Shown: piece by piece, positions 23,055 through 35,922 of the stretch
How the letters are laid out: each line of letters starts with the position of its first letter
Position numbering within the stretch: the first letter of the stretch is position 1
Source of the DNA: Oculina patagonica
Taxonomy: Eukaryota
Assembly: GCF_052425735.1 (NCBI RefSeq)
Contig: NC_135758.1
Span: forward strand, 9,114,001 to 9,178,000
Direction: 5' to 3'
DNA: 64,000 nt
The notes under the pieces: model-generated
The model's input: the letters and a program-made list of their open reading frames with translations, nothing else
The model's database searches: none
Told to the model about the DNA's origin: nothing
Translations under genes and position numbers: made by a program

Positions 23055-24036
23055 GTAAGAAGCGAAAATAAATGACTTAGTATTTCCTAAATGCAAAAGT
23101 ATAGTAATGGAAAGTTTGATTTGAACGTTCAATAAAATAAGCAATTCGATATTCGCTTCTCGCTAAAGTCTCATTTCAGAAAAAGTCAAAATTTTATTGT
23201 TTGGTAAATATGATTTTGATTTTGGACATGAAATGTGTTTCTTGTATTTGACCGTTTTACAAGAATCAACGCCATTGTAAGCGAGCGAATGCACAAGAAG
23301 CATCCGTTGAATGATCAACTATACTTGCTTAGAAATAAGGAGGCAAAGACATCAGTGATTCTAACAGTATTTACTTTTTGCCACATTTTGGTCAATTAAT
23401 AGGACGATAAATCAAAATTAAACTTAATGCAACGTTTATATCTCGAAATGTAATTTCGTACTAACGATTTACTGTAAAGAATTTACGAAAAAGAAGAAGA
23501 GCCTAAAAGGTTGTATTGCAAAATTTTTAGAAAATGTTTGCGCCATTTTGTTACACGCGTACCGGATTGTGATTAAATTTAACATTACGAACTTATTGTT
23601 GGCTTAGACCAGTGTCACTCGCGAATTCCGCTGTTTCAGGGTTTTATATGCACATGTAGCTATAGAATAAAAGTTCTCACCGGATTAGAAACATAAATTA
23701 TAATAAACGAAAAGTTTTGTAAGTACAACTACATTTTTCTCTAAGAAAATAGCAATATTTGAGGCACACTGGGAGACATGTATTGTTAAAAAAATAAGGA
23801 AGAAAACACATTGCAGGAAAAATCCCGTTTGGCCTGTCAATCATGTTGCTTTGTTGTACATCAGTCAAACCAACAACGGGTGTTTACTTATAAACTAGAA
23901 ATAGCAGATCTAAATTTGTGTAGTTACTTGGTTTAATATAGTAGACAGTTACATGTATGTCAAAATACCAATTGACAAAGCTTCGTGTGCAAAATTAGTG
24001 ATAATATGCTATGAATCTGCCTTTGGAAAAAAAATA

Positions 24037-26129
24037 TGTGACCTCTCACGCGAAAACGTTCCTTACGGAATCCGTGTGTTCGGCGAAACGCGCGGCAAGC
24101 GAACGGATGAGAAACGGCTCGATGAGCCGTTCTACACGGATACCAAAAACGGCTACACGGATGTAAATTTTTGTTACACGGATGAAGTTGAACGGCTACA
24201 TGGATGTAATTTCGCACGGATGAAGTCGAACGGCTACACGGATGTAAATTTTTGTTACGCGGATGAAGTTAAACGGCTACACGGATGTTATTTTTTTTCG
24301 CACAGATGAAGTCGAACGGCTACATGGATGTAAATTTTCTTCATACGGATGATGTCGAACGGCCGCGCGGATGAAAAATGTTTAAACGGCTTCATTCATA
24401 ATAAAATAGCAAAACTCCTCTTTCGAACTGCTCCGAATAATATAATCGCAAAACAGTCGTAATTCACGCTGCGAAATCATTTCAAAGTCAAAGCATCCAA
24501 GCAGATTTTTTTCTCTTATTTTTTCGTTTTTATGCTTCTACGCGCGTCACAAAATTAAGAAAAAGAAGGCCGCCATTGTTTAACTGTCCCGCGCTGCGAA
24601 ATCATTTCAAAGTCAAAGCATTCAAGCAGATTTTTTTTCTCTAAGTTTTTCCGCTTTTATGCTTCTACGCGCGTCACAAAATTAAGAAAAAGAAGGCCGC
24701 CATTGTTTAACTGTCCCGCGCTGCGAAATCATTTCAAAGTCAAAGCATTCAAGCAAATTTTTTTCTCTAAGTTTTTCGTTTTTATGCTTCTACGCGCGTC
24801 ACAAAATTTAGAAAAAGAAGGCCGCCATTGTTTAACTGTCCCGCGCTGCGAAATCATTTCAAAGTCAAAGCATTCAAGCAGATTGTTTTTCTCTAAGTTT
24901 TTCGCTTTTATGCTTCTACGCGCGTCACCAAATTTAGTAGAAGAAGGCCGCCATTGTTCAACTGTCCTGCGCTGTGAAATCATTTCAAAGTCAAAGCATT
25001 CAAGCAGATTTTTTTTCTCAAAGTTTTTCGTTTTTATCCTTCTACGCGCGTCACAAAATTTAGTAAAAGAAGGCCGCCATTGTTTAACTGTCCTGCGCTG
25101 CGAAATCATTTCAAAGTCAAAGCATTCAAGCAGATTTTTTTCTCTAAGTTTTTCGCTTTTATACTTCTACGCGCGTCACAAAATTTAGTAGAAGAAGGCC
25201 GCTATTGTTTAACTGTCCCGCGCTGCAAAATCATTTCAAAGTCAAAGCATTCAAGCAGATTGTTTTTCTCTAAGTTTTTCGCTTTTATGCTTCTACGCGC
25301 GTCACAAAATTTAGTAGAAGAAGGCCGCCATTGTTCAACTGTCCTGCGCTGTGAAATCATTTCAAAGTCAAAGCATTCAAGCAGATTTTTTTCCTCTAAG
25401 TTTTTCGCTTCTATGCTTCTACGCGCGTCACAAAATTTAGTAGAAGAAGGCCGCCATTGTTTAACTGTCCTGCGCTGCGAAATCATTTCAAAGTCAAAGC
25501 ATTCAAGCAGATTTTTTTCTCTAAGTTTTTCGCTTTTATGCTTGTACGCGCGTCACAAAATTTAGTAGAAGAAGGCCGCCATTGTTTAATTGTCCCGCGA
25601 TGCGAAGTCAAAGCATTCAAAGCATGTATTGCCTTGACTCTTGACGGCGTAGCGCAAGTGCTTATTAATTCTTCACCGACTTTCTGGGAGGTCACATTTA
25701 CTAAGGTGCAGTTTTTAGCTCATGCCATTTGAACATCTGTCAACTTTCTTGTATGTGTAGCGTGTAGCTTGAGCCGCTTCAAGGGCTGACGAAACTTTAA
25801 ACGAATAGGTTTTGCTGCTCGAGCGGCTAAAAGTTTTCTTTGTATGGAACGGTTGAACGGCTAGTAAATTTCTGTACACGGAACGGCTACACGGCTCGAA
25901 CGGCTAGTCAATTTCTTCACACGGAACGGTCACACGGCTCGAACGGCTGACAATTTTTTTTACACGGAACGGCCACACGGCACAAACGGCCCTTAATTTA
26001 TGTTACACGGATAGCTTACACGGCTCAAACGCCATCCCTTTCCGTGCACACGGCTACTGAACGGCAAACGCGCGGCTATCCGTGTCAAAACGGCAAGTCC
26101 TAAGGAACGTTTTCGCGTGAGAGGTCACA
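24037..26129. mobile_element. Non-autonomous TIR DNA transposon (TGTGACC...GGTCACA, TA TSD) with an internal tandem array
   Basis: 29-bp perfect TIR TGTGACCTCTCACGCGAAAACGTTCCTTA, flanked by TA. The paralogous empty site GGAAAAAA-TA-TATTTC is at ~27615-27630. Confidence 0.92.
24466..25622. repeat. ~126-bp tandem repeat, ~9 copies
   Basis: Unit GCGCTGCGAAATCATTTCAAAGTCAAAGCATTCAAGCAG...CTACGCGCGTCACAAAATT...GAAGGCCGCCATTGTTTAACTGTCC recurs about every 126 bp. Confidence 0.95.
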
Positions 26130-26518
26130 TATATTTCTTTTTATATCTTGCTAGATTCGCAGATTCTTGAAAGGTCATTAAAAAAAGCTTAAGCAATGGA
26201 GAGTATTTAAACTTCAATTGGTTGTGAATTTTTCTTTGTCACTTATTACGGAAAGTGATCATATCGCAAGAAAACGAACCTGTTTGGCTAGCAGTCACGT
26301 GGCTTGCATATTTTGGACTTCACTGACAACCGACAGCGGAAGTTTACATTAGAAACATGAAAAAACGGCCAGTTCGTTGAACTAATGACTCAACTATATT
26401 GCATTACCTCGAGATTAAGATTGTTCTCTCTCTCGTTAACTGAGTACGAAGCCAGTCGGTTTCAAGGAAGAACATTTCTGAGTTCTCAGTACCGAAGACT
26501 TCTTTTCATCGTACAGAC

Positions 26519-26608
26519 ATGAACGGAAAGAAACTTAACGTTTTTCTATCGTTGTTGTTATTGCTGTCTTGCATTTTTGAGGGGAAAAGTGCGTCCACAA
26601 CATCCAAG
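26519..26608 (+). CDS. CTHRC1: CTHRC1-like gene A, candidate first exon copy 2 (signal peptide)
   Basis: MNGKKLNVFLSLLLLLSCIFEGKSASTTSK, then AAG|GTAAG. 90 nt, phase 0. Confidence 0.7.
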
Positions 26609-28028
26609 GTAAGAAGCAAAAATAAAAGACTTAGTCTTCCCTCAATGGAAATGTCTGAATTCAGAAAATAAGTAATTTTTTTTATAATTCAGTAATGGTT
26701 AGTTTGATTAGAACGTTTAATTTAAAATAAGCAATGTGGTATTCGCTTCTTGTAAAAATTTCCGTTCAGAAAAAGTCAAATTTTCATTGTTCAGCAACTA
26801 CAATTTTGTTTTTGAACATCAAATGTGTTTTCAGTAAAAATCGTTTTTGACTATTAAGAAAAATATGGGTTTGAGCAGAATCATCGATAATTCCTATTGT
26901 AAGAGAGCGAATGCAGAAGAAACATCCGTTAAATGATCAGCTGTACATGCTTATAAATAAGGAGGCAAAGACACCAGGGTCTCTAAAAGTATTAATTTTA
27001 ACTCAGGGTATTTGTTTATGCTAAGTTTTTGCCACACTTTCGTTGCGTAATTGGTGATTGAGAAAATTTTACTTAAAGCAACGTTTTGATCCAATAATAT
27101 ATTTTTAATGACTCATTGGAAAAAAAAAATAACAAAATATGGCCTGAATGGCTGTAGCGCAAAAGTTTTAGAAAATCTTAGCGCCCTTTTGCTACACGCT
27201 TGCCGGACTCTGATAAAATAAACATTTTAGACCCATTGTTTCCTTAGAACAGTATCGGAGCTTTATATGTTCGTGTAGAAAAAAGTGATGTCAGAATCGA
27301 ACAACTGAAAATTGTGTAACTGCCTGTAAATTTTCCACTAATGAAATAGCAATATTTGATGCGCTCAGGGAGAAATTTATTGTTCAAAAAAATGAGGGAA
27401 AAAAAAACACATCGCAGGAAAAATCCCGTTTGGCCTGTCACTTACGCTGCCTTGTTGGACATTACTCAAGCCGGCAACAGGTGTTTACTAAAAATTAGAC
27501 GAAGCAAATCTAAATATGGGTAGTTACTTGGTTTAATATAGTAGACAGTTATCTCAAAATACGACCTGGCAAAACTTGGGGTGTAAAATGATAACCTGCT
27601 ATGAATTTGCCTTTGGAAAAAATATATTTCTTTTTACTTCTTTCCTGAATCACAGACTCTTGTAAGGTCATAAAATAAGCTTAAACAATGAAGAATAGTA
27701 AAACTTTATTTGGGCGTGAAATATTCTTTTGTCACTTATTAGGAATGCGATCAAATAGCAAGAAAACGAACCTGTTTGGCATTTCAGTCATATGGCTTGC
27801 ATATTTTGGACTTCACTGACAACCGACAGCGGAAGTTTACATTGGAAACATGAAAAAACGGCCATTTTTATTTGTTGAACTAATGTCTCAACTATATTGT
27901 TCTACCTCAAAAGTAAGAGTTCAGATTGTCCTTATACTCGTTAACTGCGTGCGAGGTCAATCCGTTAGAAGAAAGAACATTTCAGAGTTTTCAACACTGG
28001 TCATAAAGCTTTGTATCATCGTACAGAC

Positions 28029-28115
28029 ATGAAAGAAAAGAAACTTAACGTTTTTCTCTCGCTGTTTTTACTACTGTCTTGTATTTTTGAAGGGAAAATT
28101 GCAGCCACTGCATGA
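28029..28115 (+). pseudogene. Gene A first-exon copy 3, inactivated
   Basis: MKEKKLNVFLSLFLLLSCIFEGKIAATA*. A deletion removes the splice donor present in copies 1 and 2. Confidence 0.7.
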
Positions 28116-28647
28116 AAAGTCTGAATTTAGAAAAAAAAATCTATAGTTTGATTTGAACTCGTTTAATTAAAACAAGCAACGTTATATTCGCTTCTTGTAA
28201 AAATCTCAATTCAGGAAAGGTCAAAATTATTTTGTTCAGCAACTACCATTTTGCTTTTGAACATCAAACGTGTTTTTTGTAAAAATTGCTTTTAACAATT
28301 AAACTAGAAATAGTTGACACTAGTTGCCCCCGGTGTTAATCAGTATTTATTTCCTATTCATCCGTTTCTACAGTCAATTCTTTCGCTTGACAACAATTAT
28401 GTTGCATTGCTGGACATCATTCAAACCCGACAACGGATGTATTCAAGTAACAAATCTAAATTTTGGTAGTTAATTGGTTTAATATAGTAAACAGTGGTGT
28501 CAAAACACGAATTGGCAAAAATTCGATAAAAGAAAACTTGTTTGCCCCTTCGATATTTTTTATAGTTAATAGTCGCAAAGAACTTTGTCAAGTTGAAGAC
28601 ATTGCGTAACCGGTTTGCGGACTGTGAATTTAATTAAAGAAACAAAC

Positions 28648-28745
28648 ATTTTCGAGAAATCTAGCGCTGTGACGTTGTTGGTGTGGTTGATGGTTGTCCG
28701 CTTTTCAAACAAGTTGAAGGAAATAACACTGTGTCCTAGTCCACG
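28648..28745 (+). pseudogene. Degenerate MLRKSS-type first exon upstream of gene A exon 2
   Basis: [ATT]FEKSSAVTLLVWLMV...G|GTAAG. Homologous to 59646-59738; start codon lost and frameshifted. Confidence 0.55.
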
Positions 28746-29716
28746 GTAAGAATTCATACATAGATCGAAAACTTGTCTTCTTTATCTGGCCGCTTGTTCT
28801 TATCCGTTTTGTATGCACGTGGTGTACTCGTTCTATATTCGCTGATAGGTTAGTTGAATCATTGGCGTTGATAAATGTAGGGAATTGGCGGATTTCGTTC
28901 AGTTTTAGGTTTTTCCAAGTCAGTTTCTTTCTTTCAAGGTAGACGAGATTAAAACAAATTAAAATTCCTCGGTTACGATAACTTTGTTTACTAAAAGAAG
29001 ACACAAAATATGGAATTTCGCGATTAACCCTCGGACGTACAAGCAAACTCACACCCCCACCTAGGCTCTTACCGAAAGTGCTAGCACTTTTTTCGGCATT
29101 ATTTGGCTTCGCGAGCATTTTTTTTTACATTTTATCCCCAAAAGCACTGCTAGCATTATTTTGGGTTTTCGACTGACTATTTGTCTAATTTTGTGTTAAA
29201 AAGCACAATCTGACTTTATTTATGGCGTCCAGGGGTCCAAAGATGCATTATCCCTCATTTAGTCAAAGGAGCCGTGGAGGCCTGGGAATAGGTTTGATAC
29301 GTCAGTGGTTGCCTTCTAGAAACCCAGTACATCACTGAGTCCATCACACTCGTTCCAGAAACAGTTGCTATGGCAACAATACTAAGGGTGTCATTTTGTT
29401 CCTTTTGTGATGAACATTTGTGGTGCCAAGTTTCAAGAACACTGCTTCAATAGTTTTAGAGCTATTGTTTATTCAGTATTTTACCATTTTCTAGAGTCAA
29501 ATCTTATGACGTCATCACTGATCTAATTTGCATAATACAAAAACGTCAATATCTCTGAAACGAAAAAAGATATTGCGAAAAGAAAAACGCCATTCTTCTG
29601 TACTTCGAAAGGCCTTTCAAATAAGCAGAAAATATTTTTCATGTCATATACACTTTAATTTAACTTAGCATAACGATTCAAAAACTAGAACACCTTCATT
29701 CGCTCTTTTTTTCAAG

Positions 29717-30951
29717 TTGATGTGCAGAGGTTGCACCTCTTGCAACAATGGTATAAATGGACAGAATGGTTTACCAGGTCGCGATGGCCGAGATGGCGCG
29801 AAAGGTCAGAGGGGCGTGTCTGGTCCTGCTGGGTCACGTGGGGCTAAGGGAGACAATGGCGTGGCAGGCACACCAGGCCCACGTGGTGAAAAAGGGGAAA
29901 AAGGCGTGGTAGGCAACCCTGGATCACGTGGTGTTAAAGGGGAAGTAGGACCAAAAGGCTCAGATACTGAGCACCGAAACTGGAAACAGTGTGCGTGGAA
30001 GAAGGTTGACGGGCGTGACACTGGTCTTATTCAGGTATGCAAAAATGTACAAAGAAGTTATTTTTTTCGTCACTGTACTCGAACATGCCTTCTTCCCTGT
30101 TACATGAAAAATCAAATGAATAGGATTTTTACGCATTCTAGTAAAGTTTTATTTTTAGTAGTTTAAAATCTTCGAGGCCGCATTTGACTTTTCTTGGCAA
30201 AGGCTTTTTAATCTGTTCTTGAAACTGCTTAGACGAAGTCAAGACATTTAATAATGAACAAGCGCAAAAGCAAACACAAGCAAGTTAAAAAATAAAATCG
30301 GTGTGAATGTGTATGTTGTATCACCAACGTTCTTAACAAAAATTAAAAAAAAAAAAAAACAGCAGCAGAAACATTTCTAAAACAAACATGTCATCTGGGA
30401 GACTGTTAAGAAACAAGCAAAACACACATCACGTGTAGTCAAAGAGTAATTGAAACACGGTTCGTTATTGTTTTGATGCTACGTGTGATACTTAAAAACG
30501 AATTCAAGATATAAAAGCACCAAACCTAAACTTCAGACATATGATTATTTTATGAACGAGCATCTTTGTCTTTGAAACGATTCGTTATGGCCTTAATTAA
30601 TTGCAGGATTGCGTCTTCAACAAGAAGAAGAATAATAGCGCTCTCCGCGTTGCTTTTCAAAGCAATTTTCGCCTGTACTGCAACACGTGCTGCAAGCGTT
30701 GGTTCATCACCTTTAACGGCGCCGAGTGTAGCGGTCCATTGCCTGTTGAGGCAGTGATGTGGATCAGAAGTAGTAACCAGGACAACCACTTACCCGGAGC
30801 AATAGAGGGATTCTGTGACAACATTCCCAAGGGAAAAATCCGTGTTGGTATCAACATTGGGAACTGTGCTGGAGGTAGAAACGCAGATAGTCAGACAGGC
30901 TGGGGTGTAGTTTCTCGCTTAGTAATTGAAGAAGTCCCACGGTCGCAATAA
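29717..30951 (+). CDS. CTHRC1: CTHRC1-like gene A, exon 2 (29717-30034) and exon 3 (30607-30951)
   Basis: 24 uninterrupted Gly-X-Y triplets, then RNWKQCAW. Phase-0 GT-AG intron. C-terminal domain [19 protein letters not shown]...EGFC...GW..VSRLVIEE, characteristic of CTHRC1. About 250 aa with exon 1. Confidence 0.92.
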
Positions 30952-31809
30952 GAATTATGACATGATCAGTTGCTTACAGGTTAAAATGAAGCTGATTTTG
31001 CTGTAATACATGTAACACATTATACGCTATTGTTACACGATGAATAAGCTATAATTGTAAGGGTCTGGTGAATTCTTAAGGTGAAGGGATTTTACGTTTG
31101 TAACTAGCTGCAAAGGTTTTTTAGGATACTTTTTCATGTGAGTATTTTTTTCTTCAATAAACACACGAATTCAAGCCAATTATTGTCCTTGTTTAATGAG
31201 ATCACGCATGCGCTTTCCGTATTCAAAACCGGAACGTGAAAGCTAAGCAGCTTTTAATCACTGTATCAGAATACTTATGGGAACTGCTTGGCTGTTGAAA
31301 AAATCGACAGCTTTCTCGTTCAATACCCAGTCTGCAAGAATTGTGCAAATCCGCTGTTCATAATAGTTGCCAAGAAATATCACACGTGTTTGTTACCAAG
31401 GCAACGCGACAGCGGTTTTCTTTTACATCACAATCATCACTGGTCAGCAGTGTTAGAGCTCGAGCCCGCGATGTGCTTGAATTAAAAATGAAATCTCATA
31501 TCAGAAGGTCAAACACAACCTGAAAACGTACTTGCTGTATTCAGTTATCGCTCCCACATAAAACACTTAGAATAGCTTATGTGACAATGTATTTCAAGTG
31601 GCAGCTGTTCATTACACAGTTATTCCGGGAAAAAAGGAAGAGAAATGCACAAAAGAACTTAGCGATTGAAAAAGTTAAAGGATAACCCAGCCACCATGTG
31701 TGACTGCCGACCTATTAAGTGTTTGGGGCGACGTGACCTGGATTGGGGCGACGTAACTTGGGGCGACAATACTCTCTGAATGTTCAAACATTAGAAATCT
31801 ATTAATGAG

Positions 31810-34797
31810 CAAATCACGTGGATTCATCTTTATTTTCACTCCAGGTTCAAAAGAATCAAATAAGAAAGTGCCACATGAGCGACTGAAAATGACAATTTTG
31901 GACCCTTGGTTGAAATACCACCACGTAGATTAAAGCTTATTTTCACGCCAGATCCAGCAAAACCGGCCAGTTTGAGATTTGAAATATACAGTTTGGGTCT
32001 TTTTGGAAAAATGCCATCACGTGGATTCATCCTAATTTTCACTCCAGGTCCAAAAAAATCGAAAAACAAAGTGCTACATGAGCCACTGAAAATGACGATT
32101 TTGGGCCCTTGTGTTGAAATACCACCACGTAGATTAAAGCTTATTTTCACGCCAGATCCAGTAAGCTCAGTCAGTTTGAGACTTGAAATGTTCAGTTGTG
32201 TTTTTGTTTAGAAAACCGCCATTACGTGGATTCATCCTAATATTCACTCTAGGTCGAACGAATTAAATAAGAAAGTGCTACATGAGCCACTGAAAATGAC
32301 GATTTGGGGCCCTTGTGTTAATTGAAATACCACTTCGTAGATTAGAGCTTATTTTCCCTCCAGATCCAGCAAAACTGGCCAGTTAGAGACTAGCCTGCGA
32401 ATACAGCCGCCTCTCATTCGCGTCCCGCAACGAAGAGCGAAACACGAAGAGAGACGTCTGCGATTCACGGCCAGAAATTCCATACTGATGACGTAAATCT
32501 GTCCAGAATCCGGACAGGAGCGCTGATTGGTCAGCTAGTTAATTTACATAATGTATGCAAATATAACACTTCATTACACGAACAGTAAAAAACCGGATGT
32601 TATTGCGGACTAAAAGTTGACCGGGGGAAGGATCGTGAAACTACACCGAAGCTATACCTTAGAATTTCTAAAATATCTATAATTCATATGTAATTGGGAA
32701 ACAAAAAGAAACAGCTTTATAACAAGATGAACGACCTCAAAGATGTACAGAAAGGACGCGCCACAGTGGCCGTTAAAAATAGATCAATTTTGTCACCTAA
32801 CTTTTATTGTTGACATAAAGGCAGCCGGCAAAACAAACAAGCAACAAAAATGTGAAATACAGATAACCTGAACCATCCACAACCAAAGAATAAATGCTAC
32901 AGAAAAACAGAATTTTAATTTGACAAACAGCGGGGAAAGAAGAAACTAACTCAGAAGAACTGTTATGATCGTTGCGGTATCGGTATTTACGGCCCAACAC
33001 CTCCGAGAGTTGCGCTCAAGTTCCAAAACAATGTCATCTAATGATTTCGCAGCTTATTTTTCCAAATTTTACTAATGTGCAACTCGTATAGGGATTTCTA
33101 ATTTTCGCGATGAAGTTGTCCGGTGTAAATTACCCCTTAATGTTTCCTTGACTACCTTGAAAGTGTTTGTGATCAAGCAAGTAATGTGCGGCTGAAAACA
33201 AAAAAATGTAATTATGCAAGACCAACTGCGTGTGGTGTGGGAAATCTAATTAGTGGTTAACGTCATCAGTATGGAATTTCTGGCCGTGAATCGCAGACGT
33301 CTCTCTTCGCGTGTCGTTCTTCGTTTCGGGATGCGAATGAGAGGCGGCTGTATTCGCAGGCTAGTTAGAGACTTGAAATTTACAGTTTGGGACTGTTTGG
33401 AAAACTGCCATCACGTGAATTCATCGTAATATTTATTCCAGGTCGAAAAGAATTGAATAAGAAAGTGCTATATGAGCCACTGAAAATGACGATTTTGGGC
33501 CCTTGTGTTAATAAATTGAAATACCACTTCGTAGATTAGAGCTTATTTTCTCTCCAGATCCAGCAAAACCGGCCAGTTAGAGACTTGAAATTTATAGTTT
33601 GGGACTGTTTGGAAAACCGCCATCACGTGAATTCATCGTAATATTTATTCCAGGTCGAAAAGAATTGAATAAGAAAGTGCTATATGAGCCACTGAAAATG
33701 ACGATTTTGGGCCCTTGTGTTAATAAATTGAAATACCACTTCGTAGATTAGAGCTTATTTTCTCTCCAGATCCAGCAAAACCGGCCAGTTAGAGACTTGA
33801 AATTTATAGTTTGGGACTGTTTGGAAAACCGCCATCACGTGAATTCATCGTAATATTTATTCCAGGTCGAAAAGAATTGAATAAGAAAGTGCTATATGAG
33901 CCATTGAAAATGACGATTTTGGGCCCTTGTGTTAATTGAAATACCACCATTCAGATAAAAGGTTATTTTCACGCCCGATCCAGCAAAACCGGCCATTTTG
34001 CGACCTGATATTTACAGTTTTAGTCTTTTTTGAAAACCGCCATCACGTGGATTCATCCTAATTTCCCCTTCAGGCACAAAATAATCGAATAAGAAGCTGC
34101 TACAAGAACTACCGGTAAAAATGACGATTTTGGGCTCTTGTGTTGAAACATGTGTTGAAGTACCACCACGTAGATTAAAGCTTATTTTCACGCCAGATCC
34201 AGCAAAACCGGCCAGTTTTGAGACTTGAAATGTACAGTTTGGGTCGTTTTAGAAAACCGCCGTCACGTGGATTCATCCTAAATTTCACTCCAGGTTCAAA
34301 ATAATCGAATAAGAAAGTACTACACGAACCACTGAAAATGACGATTTTGGGCCCTTTTGTTGAAATACAACCACGTAGATTAAAGCTTATTTTCTCGCCA
34401 GATCCAGCAAAACCTGCCATGTTCAGTTGTGTTTTTGGTTTGGAAGACCGCCATCACGTGGCTTCATCCTAATATTCACCCCAGGTCGAAAAGAATCGAA
34501 TGTGAAAGTTCCATATAAGACACTGAAAATGACGATTTTGGGCCCTGGTGTTGAAATACAACCACGTAGATTGAAGCTTATTTTCACTCCAGATCCAGCA
34601 AAGCCGGCCAGATTGAGAATAAATGTACAGTTTGAGCCTATTTTGATAACTGCCATAACGTGGATTCATTCTAATTTTTACTCCAGTCCAAAGAATCGAA
34701 TAAGAAAGTGTTACATGGGCCACTGAAAATGACGATTTTTTGCGCTTGTGTTGAAATACCACCACGCCGGATTAAGGCTTATTTTCACTCCAGATCG
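31810..34797. repeat. ~205-bp tandem array (satellite-like), ~10 copies, interrupted by a MITE
   Basis: CACGTG(G/A)ATTCATC...ACTGAAAATGACGATTTTGGGCCC...CCAGATCCAGCAAAACCGGCC recurs every 190-221 bp. Three central 212-bp copies are nearly identical. Confidence 0.93.
32391..33363. mobile_element. Academ-like (TAG...CTA) non-autonomous element with 9-bp TSD
   Basis: ~100-bp TIRs starting TAGCCTGCGAATACAGCCGCCTCTCATTCG. TSD GTTAGAGAC at 32382-32390 and 33364-33372. Neighbouring satellite units show the empty site. Confidence 0.88.
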
Positions 34798-35122
34798 TCA
34801 TTTGTTGAATATACCTGGTTTAGTTTTTCAATATATCTACTTGTTTTTCTGTTTTCTATAAACACTACTTTTCAGTTTTCAAGCTAAGCATTCGGAGAGA
34901 CGTTCATACTGAAGAATTAGCCGACGCTGTTTCGTTCTTGAATGAACATTGGCAGGGGAGCGGGACATTGTTAACAGTACGTTTTATACCTTCTGGATCA
35001 TCTATTGATTCGAATTTTGTTATTATGAATATTGATTTATGATGGTTCATGCTATCATCGACAACGGTTGGATTTACATGTATATTACATGTGCAAATAT
35101 TGTATTCTGGAAAGTGAATCTA

Positions 35123-35579
35123 CAGTAGCAACCCGGTAACTCGAACTCTGAAAGGGAAACGAAAAAAGAGTTTGAGTTAGCGGGGTCTCGAGTTTTTGGG
35201 GTCGATTGAATATTCAATTTGCCATGTTAATAATTGATAGTTGACTGATATTTCAGCACTTCAGTATACAGTACAGTGCAAATCAAACTTCTCTCGACAG
35301 AATCTCTAATGCGAAAATACATTCTTGTGATAAGAGTGGAAAATGATTGCCAAATACGTGATCCGTTCGTTGCTCTAATTAAAATGAAGTCGCTGTAGTG
35401 CTAGGATTAGTGTTTAAATCCGATCACACGACAAGAAGAGCTTATGAGATTTTTCAATGGGCATCCATGGCAAATTGCAAGAACCGGAATTCGACCAAGA
35501 TTTTGATCAAGGGAAACGAAATTTAGTTCGAATTAGCGGGGAATCCGATATCCGAGTTCGAGTTACCGGGGTTCTACTG
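35123..35579. mobile_element. Tc1/mariner-pogo-type MITE with TA TSD
   Basis: TA-CAGTAGCAACCCGGTAACTCGAACTC ... GAGTTCGAGTTACCGGGGTTCTACTG-TA. Confidence 0.85.
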
Positions 35580-35922
35580 TAGTTAAAAGGGGCCGCCTGT
35601 ACCAGCTATCCGACGCTCTGCCTTATTGCGTTCGACGAAGGAGAGCGCAAGCCTAATTCTGTTTTGCGTCCTGTGTCTTTTGAGTTGGTAGGCCTGTGCA
35701 CTGTTATGCGGAATGAATCGACCCGTAATGCGCGCGCAGGTGTATGGACTCCAAATCGGCCGCCCCGATTGATTTTTGCAGGGGCAAGTCTCGGCCGGGA
35801 AACTGGTGCGACGATATTTTAGTCTCGTTTTCGCATTGAATCGTCCCTTTTGTCGTCTTTGGTCGCTGTTCTGCACGCGTGCTTCACGAATTCGCTAGAA
35901 CATTTCGTTTGGTCGCTAGATT

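Noticed and set aside
24466-25622. CRISPR-like array, or protein-coding repeats (ORFs 24703-25732)
   Set aside because: Units are contiguous near-identical 126-mers with no unique spacers and no cas genes. The ORFs arise because the unit length is divisible by 3.
31836-34765. ORFs in the ~205-bp array
   Set aside because: Translations of satellite units on both strands, with no domain signal.
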